Source of the DNA: Candidatus Woesearchaeota archaeon
Lineage (GTDB): Archaea > Nanobdellota > Nanobdellia > Pacearchaeales > GW2011-AR1
Direction of reading: 5' to 3'
Assembly: GCA_964409555.1 (NCBI GenBank)
Contig: CAYPDP010000001.1
Span: 3,978 to 67,977, forward strand
DNA: 64,000 nucleotides
A program made the translations under genes and the position numbers. Shown here in pieces: positions 56,143-64,000 of the stretch; positions within the stretch are counted from its first letter, which is position 1; each line of letters opens with the position of its first letter. The notes under the pieces are model-generated. The model was given only the letters and a program-made list of their open reading frames with translations, was not told the DNA's origin and ran no database searches.

Positions 56143-58820
56143 TTTTTAGCTTTTTCCAAGAATTCTTCATATTCAGAAAAATCATCTTTCATTTTAAATT
56201 CTTTCTTTTTTATTTCATCTACATAAACTTGATGCATTCTCTTTAAGAAATCCTGCTTGTCTTCCATTCTCATTGTATCCATATGACCCTGTAAAAGAAT
56301 ATTTAATGCAAAAGGAGATGGGATTTTTACATAATCTACATTTATTTTTATTTCTCCTTTTTTTATTAATTCTAAAATCTTTTGAGTGTTTTTAATATCC
56401 ATTAAATCTTCAAAAATTTCTCTTTTTGCTTCATTAAGTATTGGAAATTCTTCACTTATTTTTTTCACAGCATGAATTAAAAAATGACTTTTCATTTGTT
56501 GTTTTCTAACGCTTTTACTTACACCCTTATAATTTCTTAAAATCATTAGTGATCTTGTTGCGCAATGTCTAAATCTTCTCGTTAATATGTCTGTTTTTTC
56601 AATTGCTATTTTAAGTATTTCTTTTAAATCACTATTAGTTAATTCTTCAATTGCTTTTTCAATATCTGTATTTTCTGATGCTAAATAAAATCCCCTATCA
56701 CTAATTCCTATTTCAACATCTCTTTTTTCAATCTTTCTTGAATTTCCAATTATATATCCTAAGGCTCGGGATAAGGCATCATTAACTCTTCGTCCATACA
56801 TACTATTTACAAGTATGTATTTTTTATTATCTCTTTCATCTATATATTTTTCAATTGTTATTAAATTTGTATGTGGAATTTCTGAAAATTCATTTTGCTG
56901 ATTAAAATAATTATAAATTTCAAGGGCTATTTTTTCATCAATATAAAGATATTTTTTTATAAAATTTATTATTTCTTTTTTATTTTTTTTAGATTTGAAT
57001 TTTTCTTTTATTTCCTTTCTAAATTTATTTATTTCCAAAGCAGATTCAAAACTTAAAGGAAGCATTTCTGAAAACCAAGAGGGGATTGTTGGAGATTTTC
57101 TTGTTTCATTTCTTACATAAAGATTCATTCCTTTAGTATACTGAAAAGAATATTTTTTTCCCCCTAAAACAAAAACATCATATTTTTTCATTCTACTTAA
57201 AAATGATTCATCTATAACTCCAATTTTTTCACCACTAGGAGATAATTTTACTGTTATAAAAGATTCTTCAGGAATTGTTCCTACATTTGTCATATAAATA
57301 ACTCTTGCAAGTTTACCTCTTTTTCCTATTTTCTTTTCTTTAGAATCATACCATATTTTTCCATAAACCCAGCTTTTTTCAAGATTATATTCTCCTGAAA
57401 GATAACTTATAACTGAAAGAAAATCTTTTTTTGTAAGATTTGAGTAACAATAACTTTTTCTTATTCTTTTTAAAATTTCATCTATTTTCCAAATTTTGTA
57501 AATTGCCATTCCGTAAATTTGTTGTGATAAAACATCCAGGCAGTTTTTTGGAAATTGTATTTTGTCTATTTTTCCCTCAATCATTTCTTTTTGAATAACT
57601 GAACATTCAACTAAATCATCTCTGTCTAAAACTATAAAACGTCCTTTTGCTGTTTCGTGAAGTTTGTGACCTGCACGACCTATTCTTTGTAAGGCTCTTG
57701 AGGATGCTTTTGGACTTCCTAATAATATGACTAAATCAATATAACCAATATCAATTCCCAGTTCGAGACTTGTAGAGCAGGCGACGACTTTTAATTTTCC
57801 ATCTCTTAAATCCTCCTCTATTTTGAATCGGTGGTCTTTGCTTAAGGATGAGTGATGTGCAGCTATTTCTTCTTCAGGATATTCTGTTGGGAATTTGTCT
57901 TTAAGATAACTAACAACCCTTTCAGTGGCTGCTCTTGTATTTGTAAAAATTAAAGTTGTTTTATGTTTTTTTACAAGGTCATGAATTAAATGATATATTT
58001 CTATGTGGGGGTTTTTGCTTTCAATTAAATTGGGAACTGGGCTTAATATTTTTATATCAAGTTTTTTGTTAAAAGGAACTTTTGCTATTTCTACTTTTCT
58101 ATTTTCTATTTCTTTTTCATTAGTTCCAGGAATTCCAGCTAAAAACTGTGCAACCTCTTCCAATGGTTCAACTGTTGCACTTAATCCTATTTTAACAGGC
58201 CATATTTTACTTATTTCATTTAATCTTTCGAGATTTAAACTTAAGAATACACCTCTTTTATTTCCTAAAGAATGTATTTCATCTATAATACAAAATTCAA
58301 CTTCATCGAAGTATTCAATAAATTTTTTGGTTGTTAATACTATTGAGAGAGATTCAGGAGTTGTTATTAAAATATGGGGTGGGTTTTTTGCCATTTTTAC
58401 TCTTTCATAAGGTGTTGTATCACCTGTTCTTAATCCAACTCTTATTTTTTGAATTTTTTTCCCGTGAGCTTCAGCAATTTTATTTATTTCTTCTAATGGT
58501 TCTATTAAATTTTTATGTATATCATTGCTCAATGCTTTAAGAGGGGAAGAATAAATAGCATAAACTTTATTTTTGAGCTGGTCTTTATCAGAAAGAATAA
58601 CTAAATAATTTAATATTGCCAAGAAAGATGTAAGAGTTTTTGTGCTTCCTGTTGGTGCAGATATGAGGATATTTTTTCTTTCCCATATGCTTAAAACACC
58701 ATATTTCTGGGGCAATGAGAATGCTTTAAATTTTGAGAAAAACCATTCTTTTACAAAAGGATGTAAGATTTTTTCTATGTCTGAATCTTTTCTATTTTTA
58801 GATATGGATATTTGTTTCAT
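56139..58820 (-). CDS. lhr: Lhr-core-type superfamily 2 DNA helicase (large helicase-related)
   Basis: Motif I SAPTGSTKTLTS, motif II CIIDEIHSL, motif III GLSATVEP, motif VI QRIGRAGH, plus C-terminal WH/domain-4 region. About 893 aa. Confidence 0.8.
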   Translation of the reverse strand: MKQISISKNRKDSDIEKILHPFVKEWFFSKFKAFSLPQKYGVLSIWERKNILISAPTGSTKTLTSFLAILNYLVILSDKDQLKNKVYAIYSSPLKALSNDIHKNLIEPLEEINKIAEAHGKKIQKIRVGLRTGDTTPYERVKMAKNPPHILITTPESLSIVLTTKKFIEYFDEVEFCIIDEIHSLGNKRGVFLSLNLERLNEISKIWPVKIGLSATVEPLEEVAQFLAGIPGTNEKEIENRKVEIAKVPFNKKLDIKILSPVPNLIESKNPHIEIYHLIHDLVKKHKTTLIFTNTRAATERVVSYLKDKFPTEYPEEEIAAHHSSLSKDHRFKIEEDLRDGKLKVVACSTSLELGIDIGYIDLVILLGSPKASSRALQRIGRAGHKLHETAKGRFIVLDRDDLVECSVIQKEMIEGKIDKIQFPKNCLDVLSQQIYGMAIYKIWKIDEILKRIRKSYCYSNLTKKDFLSVISYLSGEYNLEKSWVYGKIWYDSKEKKIGKRGKLARVIYMTNVGTIPEESFITVKLSPSGEKIGVIDESFLSRMKKYDVFVLGGKKYSFQYTKGMNLYVRNETRKSPTIPSWFSEMLPLSFESALEINKFRKEIKEKFKSKKNKKEIINFIKKYLYIDEKIALEIYNYFNQQNEFSEIPHTNLITIEKYIDERDNKKYILVNSMYGRRVNDALSRALGYIIGNSRKIEKRDVEIGISDRGFYLASENTDIEKAIEELTNSDLKEILKIAIEKTDILTRRFRHCATRSLMILRNYKGVSKSVRKQQMKSHFLIHAVKKISEEFPILNEAKREIFEDLMDIKNTQKILELIKKGEIKINVDYVKIPSPFALNILLQGHMDTMRMEDKQDFLKRMHQVYVDEIKKKEFKMKDDFSEYEEFLEKAKK

Positions 58821-58951
58821 TTGGATAATTTTGTAAGAACTATTTTAGCCCGTAGAATAAATAATAATATTAGAAATTACTAAAACATTAAAGAATATCC
58901 ATATTTAAAGTTTTGGTTGATTATTTTATTTAAAAAATAATAAAAAATTAT

Positions 58952-59914
58952 TTAAAAAAAACTTATCCAAATAAGAGATATTGAAATTAATATAAATAAT
59001 ATTACTATAAAATATTCCAAGAAGGATGTTTTTAATTTGGTTGATATATAAGGGGCTATTTGGCCTCCTATGAGAACTGCAGGAACAGTTACAATTAATA
59101 TATTCCAAGGAATTATTATGTTTGAATTTACTGATTGTGTAATATGTAAAATAGATGCAATAATTGCTGTTGAAGCGACTATTAAATGACTTGTGCCTAT
59201 TGCAACTCTTATGGGGATATTTGTAATAGTCATAGAAAGAATACCTAACTCCCCTATTCCAAAACCCGAAGAACCTTGGAATAACCCTCCAATAGCATAA
59301 CCTAACATACGTTTTTTCATTCCACAAAATCTACAATATTTGTATGTTTTTCCATTTTTATCTGTAAGACTAACATTATCTGTAAATTTATGATTATGAT
59401 GTTTTCCTATAATTTTACATTTAAGACATTTTTCTTTAGATTCTTTTCTTTTTTTATTTAGCATTAAACTGATTGCAATTATTAGAGATATTGCAATTAT
59501 TAAACGAAGAATTTTTTCCTGAAGGTAGAATGAAATAAATGAACCTACTATTACAAAAGGAATGGCAATTAAGATTGTTCTAAAACCCATTTTTTTATCA
59601 ATAAGTCCAAACCATAGAAATGCAAGAGCTGAACTAGATAAACCAAATGCTTCAGTAATTAAACTTAAAGTAATACTTTGTCCAGCAGTTAATGGAACAG
59701 CAATTAAAGGAAATATTAAAATAAAAAAAGGAACAAATAATGCAGAACCACTTATTCCTAGAGTATTGACTGTTAGTGCAATTGTTAAGGCTATTGGAAA
59801 CATCCACCAAAAAGAAGTCCAATAAGAAGAATTATGCGGAAAGAAAAAGATTAAGAATATTATCCAAATAGGTATTATACTTAATATTAAAATTTTTTTA
59901 GTATCTAAATTCAT
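58952..59914 (-). CDS. TauE/SafE (TSUP) family transporter with a Zn-ribbon inserted in the central cytoplasmic loop
   Basis: 4+4 TM duplication with GISGSALFVP and GIGELGILSM motifs. Central insert CLKCKIIGKHHNH...CRFCG. Confidence 0.55.
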   Translation of the reverse strand: MNLDTKKILILSIIPIWIIFLIFFFPHNSSYWTSFWWMFPIALTIALTVNTLGISGSALFVPFFILIFPLIAVPLTAGQSITLSLITEAFGLSSSALAFLWFGLIDKKMGFRTILIAIPFVIVGSFISFYLQEKILRLIIAISLIIAISLMLNKKRKESKEKCLKCKIIGKHHNHKFTDNVSLTDKNGKTYKYCRFCGMKKRMLGYAIGGLFQGSSGFGIGELGILSMTITNIPIRVAIGTSHLIVASTAIIASILHITQSVNSNIIIPWNILIVTVPAVLIGGQIAPYISTKLKTSFLEYFIVILFILISISLIWISFF

Positions 59915-60017
59915 TATTTTATTAATATTTATTTCTTTATAATATTTATTATTCTCAATTAAATTATCTAAAAATTTGATAGGAAACTCTTAAAAACTTT
60001 CTAAACATATTTTTTTT

Positions 60018-60938
60018 ATGACTGACAAATATCAGAGAGTGGATTTTAGGGATCAGATTTCAAAAAATAATTGGAAAACTTTTTTATTGATAAGTTTTAT
60101 TTTTATAATTCTTATTATTTTTGGGTATGCAATATCTTTTGCATTTAGTCCAGGATATTTTTTCTTAATTATGATTTTGGCTATTGTTTTTTCTATTAGT
60201 TATATTATTTTTAGTTATTATAATTCAGATAAAATTGCTCTTGCAAGTGTCAAGGCAAAAAAAGCTTCGCGAACTGAATACAAGGAATATTATAGTTTGG
60301 TGGAAGGTCTAACTATTGCTTCTGGACTTCCCATGCCTAGACTTTATGTTATGAATTCTGAACAAATAAATGCTTTTGCTTCAGGGAGAAATCCTGAAAA
60401 GGCAGTTATTTGTGTTACAACTGGGACTTTAAAGAAACTCGAGAAAAGAGAATTAGAAGGAGTTTTGGCACATGAGTTAAGTCATATAGCAAATTATGAT
60501 ATTAAATATATGACTTTAATTGCAGTGATGGTTGGGATGATTGCAATTATTTCAGAGATTTTTTTAAGAAGTTTGTTTTTTGGGAGGGGAGAAGGTAATG
60601 GAAAAAGTAATTGGATTTTTATTGTTATAGCAATTGCATTGGCTATTCTTGCACCTCTTGTTGTTTGGATTATTCAAATGTCAATTTCTAGAAAAAGAGA
60701 ATTTAATGCTGATGCTTCTGCAGTTAAATTTACTCGTTATCCTCAAGGACTTATTAAAGCACTTAAAAAAATAAAATATGATACCCCTCTTTCTGCAACA
60801 GAAGAGAAAAAACAAAAAATTAGCAAAGCGATTGCTCCCTTATTTTTTTCTAGTCCTTTTAAAAAATCTAAGTTTAAAGAAATTGGTTCAACTCATCCTT
60901 CTTTGGAAAAAAGAATTAATGTTTTAGAAAGAATGTGA
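60018..60938 (+). CDS. htpX: HtpX-like M48 zinc metalloprotease
   Basis: HELSHI (HExxH) within a 4-TM M48 framework, and a downstream Glu for the third zinc ligand. Confidence 0.8.
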   Translation: MTDKYQRVDFRDQISKNNWKTFLLISFIFIILIIFGYAISFAFSPGYFFLIMILAIVFSISYIIFSYYNSDKIALASVKAKKASRTEYKEYYSLVEGLTIASGLPMPRLYVMNSEQINAFASGRNPEKAVICVTTGTLKKLEKRELEGVLAHELSHIANYDIKYMTLIAVMVGMIAIISEIFLRSLFFGRGEGNGKSNWIFIVIAIALAILAPLVVWIIQMSISRKREFNADASAVKFTRYPQGLIKALKKIKYDTPLSATEEKKQKISKAIAPLFFSSPFKKSKFKEIGSTHPSLEKRINVLERM

Positions 60939-60990
60939 TTTCTTAATTAAATTTCATTATGTTTATAAATAAACATTCTTTAATCATTTT

Positions 60991-61896
60991 ATGGGGTTAA
61001 TTAGAAGTGGTTTATTAGTTATTGTAAGTGTTTTACTTTTTATTTCTCTTTTATTAGGGGGGATTTTTTTGACTTTGAATATGTCTTTGGAATATCAAAA
61101 TGTAAATCCTCAAATTGTACCTATTGTAAATAATTTTATTAATGATTCAAATTTTTCACAATTTATTATTGAATTATATCCTATGATGAATTCTTCTTGC
61201 GAGAATAATTCTGAATTTATTTTTAATTCTTCTGAGTTGGGACAAGTTCTTATAATTCCTTGTGAAACTGTTTTAAAAGGTCCTGAAAATATTGTAAATT
61301 ATACTACTAATTTTTTTATTGAAGATTCTTATTATAAAAATTATGATTGTAGTTTTATAGATTGTTTTCAAAAATATCAACCACCTTTATTTTTAATTTC
61401 TGAAAAATTAAAAGATTATTGGAAAAGTAAATTTAATTTTACTTTAATAATTTCTTTAATTTTAATAGCTTTAGTATTTTTCTTGACTGAAAAAAGAGTT
61501 AATTTATTTTTTATTTTAGGAACTCTTTTAATAATTTCTTCTTTTTTTCTTTTAGCTTTAAATAGAATTTTACCTTTTTTTTCAAATAATATTTTATTAA
61601 ATTTTATTCCAATATTTTTTAGTAAATCTTATACTGTATTTTTATCTAGTCTTATTATGGGAATTGTTATATTTTTAATAGGTATTTTATTAACTCTTTT
61701 TTTAATTGGATTTAAGATATCAAGTTTTTTTAATAGAAAAAAAGAAGGAGTGTCAAAAATAGATGTAAAAGATATAGTTAAAGAAGAATTAAATAAAAAT
61801 ATAGGAGAAAGAAATATTAAAAATAAAAAAATTAATTTAGTAAAAAAAGAGGAAAAGAAATTGAATTCTAATAAAAAAGAAATTAAAAAGGAATAG
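60991..61896 (+). CDS. Hypothetical polytopic membrane protein with a Cys-containing extracytoplasmic domain and a Lys-rich tail
   Basis: N-terminal TM, about 130-aa domain with 6 Cys, then 4-5 TM helices. Confidence 0.3.
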   Translation: MGLIRSGLLVIVSVLLFISLLLGGIFLTLNMSLEYQNVNPQIVPIVNNFINDSNFSQFIIELYPMMNSSCENNSEFIFNSSELGQVLIIPCETVLKGPENIVNYTTNFFIEDSYYKNYDCSFIDCFQKYQPPLFLISEKLKDYWKSKFNFTLIISLILIALVFFLTEKRVNLFFILGTLLIISSFFLLALNRILPFFSNNILLNFIPIFFSKSYTVFLSSLIMGIVIFLIGILLTLFLIGFKISSFFNRKKEGVSKIDVKDIVKEELNKNIGERNIKNKKINLVKKEEKKLNSNKKEIKKE

Positions 61897-61925
61897 TTTT
61901 TATAGAGATATTTTATTTATTCATT

Positions 61926-62876
61926 ATGGTTCAAATTAAAAGTTATAAAAATGAAAAAAAGTGCATTGTAATGTTATCTGGAGGATTAGATAGTAGATTA
62001 GCTTTGAAAATAATGCAAGAGAATAAATTTGAAGTTTTAGCTTTATTTTTTAAATTACCCTTTGGAACAGGATGTTGTAATGAAAGTTGTTCTTTTAATT
62101 TTTCACAATTACAAAATGTGAAGTTAAAGATGATTGATTGTACTAAAGGAAAACTTTTAAGGGATTATCTTGATGTTTTAAAGAAACCAAAATATGGGCG
62201 AGGAGCAGGAGTAAATCCTTGTGTTGATTGTAGAATTTTCATGTTTAAACTTGCTAGAGAATTTGCAGATAAAAATAATATAGATTTAATAGTTACTGGA
62301 GAAGTTATCGGAGAAAGGCCTATGTCTCAAAAAAAGAGAGCAATGGATATTATTGAGGAAACTTCAGGATTAAAAGGTCGTTTGTTAAGACCTCTTTCAG
62401 CAAAATTACTTTTAGAAACAGAAGCAGAAAAGAAAAATATTGTGAATCGTGAAAATCTTTATAATATTCAGGGGAGATGTAGAAAAAAACAAATTGAATT
62501 AGCAAATAAATTTAAAATATCTTATCCAACTCCTGCTGGAGGTTGTATGCTTTGTGAAAAAAATTTAGTGAAAAGATTAACAACTCTTTTAAAAAGAGAT
62601 TTGAAAGAAGAAGAAGTTAAATTAATTGAAGTTGGGAGGCATTTTATAATAGATAATGTTTGGATTGTTTTAGGGAGGAATGAAAAAGAAAATAAAATTA
62701 TTGAATTTTTAGGAAAAAAATATAAATTAATAATTCCTTCTTTTTCTGGACCAACTGCAGTAATAATTGATGAATCAAATAAAAATATAATTAAAAAAAT
62801 TAATGAAATGATGGAGGCATATTCTAAAAAAGGTAGTTTAGATAAAAGAAAAAAATTTCATAAATATAAATTATAA
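61926..62876 (+). CDS. PP-loop ATP pyrophosphatase, tRNA sulfurtransferase-like (MnmA/ThiI-related)
   Basis: PP-loop SGGLDS near the N-terminus, Cys clusters (CCNESC; NPCVDCR; GGCMLC), TGEVIGERPMSQ and LRPL resembling ThiI/MnmA motifs. Confidence 0.45.
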   Translation: MVQIKSYKNEKKCIVMLSGGLDSRLALKIMQENKFEVLALFFKLPFGTGCCNESCSFNFSQLQNVKLKMIDCTKGKLLRDYLDVLKKPKYGRGAGVNPCVDCRIFMFKLAREFADKNNIDLIVTGEVIGERPMSQKKRAMDIIEETSGLKGRLLRPLSAKLLLETEAEKKNIVNRENLYNIQGRCRKKQIELANKFKISYPTPAGGCMLCEKNLVKRLTTLLKRDLKEEEVKLIEVGRHFIIDNVWIVLGRNEKENKIIEFLGKKYKLIIPSFSGPTAVIIDESNKNIIKKINEMMEAYSKKGSLDKRKKFHKYKL

Positions 62877-62877
62877 G

Positions 62878-63768
62878 ATGATTAATAAGAATTATATAAT
62901 ATTTTTAATGTTTGTTTTAATTTTTACTTCATTAGTATTTGCTAAGTCTAATATTAATTCAGAGTATTTTATTTCTGAAAAAGGTGTAAATGTTAATATT
63001 GTATTTGGTAAAGTTTCAAATTTTGAGTTAGAAATACCTTCTGATGCTAAAAATATTGAAGTTGATGCAGAAAGTTATGAATTGAATGATTATAAAAATT
63101 CACAAATAATAAAAATTAATTTTGCAAAAAATTTGTTGATAAGATATAGTACCAAATCTTTTATTGATAAATCTGGAAATAAATTATTTTTTACTATGAG
63201 AAATAATTTTAATGAATCTTCTAATGTTAAAATATATTTCTCAGAAGGTGCTGTTTTATCAGAAAAGGGAATTCTCTTTCCGACAAGATTTAAAAAAATA
63301 ACTGATGGGAGAAGAATTATTTTAGAATTAAATGATTTTAATGAAGAACAGATTGTTGTAACTTATGAATTTGTGAAAAAAAATAATTTTTTATTTTATT
63401 TAATTGTTATTTTTATTTTTTCTTTAATGATTTTTATTTATTTTCTTGAGAAAAATAAGATAAAAAAAGAAATAAAAAATTTTAGAAAAGAGAATAAAAA
63501 GTTAAAGAAAGAAAAATACAATTTAATTAAAGATGAAACAAAAGAGGAGATTGAAGAAAGACTTATAAGAAATTTGTTTGAAGATGAAAAAATTATTGTT
63601 AAATATCTTTTATATAAAAAAAATAATGAATGTTGGACAAAAGAAATTGTTAAGGATTTAGATATTAGTAAAGTAAAATTAAGTAGAAAATTAAGAAGTT
63701 TAGAGCAAAAAGGAATTGTGAAAAAGATTCCTTATGGAAATGAAAATAGAATTAAACTTCTTAAATAG
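62878..63768 (+). CDS. Membrane-tethered winged-helix protein: signal peptide, extracytoplasmic domain, TM helix, cytoplasmic wHTH
   Basis: N-terminal signal-like IIFLMFVLIFTSLVFA, TM FLFYLIVIFIFSLMIFIYFL, and C-terminal KEIVKDLDISKVKLSRKLRSLEQKGIVKKIPYG (MarR/TrmB-like wHTH). Confidence 0.4.
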   Translation: MINKNYIIFLMFVLIFTSLVFAKSNINSEYFISEKGVNVNIVFGKVSNFELEIPSDAKNIEVDAESYELNDYKNSQIIKINFAKNLLIRYSTKSFIDKSGNKLFFTMRNNFNESSNVKIYFSEGAVLSEKGILFPTRFKKITDGRRIILELNDFNEEQIVVTYEFVKKNNFLFYLIVIFIFSLMIFIYFLEKNKIKKEIKNFRKENKKLKKEKYNLIKDETKEEIEERLIRNLFEDEKIIVKYLLYKKNNECWTKEIVKDLDISKVKLSRKLRSLEQKGIVKKIPYGNENRIKLLK

Positions 63769-63770
63769 CT

Positions 63771-63802
63771 TTTGTTTCAAATTGTTAACAGGCTGTTTCA
63801 CA
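63771..63802 (+). promoter_or_regulatory. Conserved promoter-proximal element (copy 2) TTTGTTTCA-N2-TTGTTAACAGGC-N-GTTTCACA
   Basis: 30/32 identical to 16377..16408. Followed by an AT-rich TATA-like sequence, and about 85 nt downstream by a GAAAGGAGGT SD plus ATG. Confidence 0.5.
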
Positions 63803-63886
63803 TATTAATTATAAAGAATTTATATCTTAAAAATGTATGAAACTAAATAAATTATATTTAATAGAGTTGAAAGGAGGTTTTTTTAA

Positions 63887-64000
63887 ATGAATATATTAAA
63901 ATTAATGGTAGTTGGAGTAATGGCAATTTCAGTATTATTTTTTATGAGTTCTTTTACTTTGGCTCAAACAGATTTGAATGTTTCAGATAATGTTAGTAGT
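63887..64000 (+). CDS. Secreted protein, N-terminal fragment (runs off window end)
   Basis: MNILKLMVVGVMAISVLFFMSSFTLAQT signal peptide, with strong SD TTGAAAGGAGGT 8 nt upstream. Confidence 0.35.
   Translation, partial: MNILKLMVVGVMAISVLFFMSSFTLAQTDLNVSDNVSS

Noticed and set aside
58003-58836. Three plus-strand ORFs (58003..58410, 58331..58540, 58642..58836)
   Set aside because: All antisense to the Lhr helicase gene.
58926-59327. 133-aa minus-strand ORF overlapping the TSUP transporter gene in another frame
   Set aside because: The TSUP frame has clear family motifs. This alternative frame gives Cys/Tyr/Asn-rich low-complexity sequence.
1-64000. CRISPR arrays, transposases, integrases or prophage
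   Set aside because: No regularly spaced direct repeats, and no DDE or tyrosine-recombinase-like ORFs seen. The tRNA-adjacent region lacks an integrase.

Overview
This is a strongly AT-rich, gene-dense segment of an archaeal chromosome. The archaeal assignment rests on RFC small and large subunits, family-B DNA polymerase, FEN1, TFS, RpoL, aRF1, NAC, Sec61beta, L41e, two Cdc48 paralogs, RadB, and an intron-containing tRNA read through the anticodon loop. The small protein sizes and extreme AT content are compatible with a reduced-genome (possibly DPANN-like) archaeon, but that is inference only. Almost the whole window is coding with the standard genetic code. Stop codons are mostly TAA, and many genes carry GGAGG-type Shine-Dalgarno sites. 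No CRISPR arrays, transposases or integrases were seen.

Main points of interest:
- A compact proteostasis operon: Zn-ribbon/AbrB regulator, Cdc48, sHsp, then a second Cdc48, with two palindromes in its divergent promoter.
- A nearly identical 32-nt promoter-proximal element (GTTTCA direct repeats flanking a TGTTAACA palindrome) upstream of two SD-led secreted-protein genes. One copy sits immediately downstream of a membrane-tethered wHTH protein.
- A translationally coupled ApbE flavin-transferase and NOX/ferric-reductase pair.
- A Lhr-core helicase with a coupled Mre11-like phosphoesterase.
- An ACP-like carrier protein, unusual for an archaeon.
- An NreA-like protein whose C-terminal PIP box nearly copies FEN1's.
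- An orphan histidine kinase.
- Several small genes missed by the ORF track (L41e, Sec61beta, ferredoxin).
- An open frame with a single in-frame TGA.
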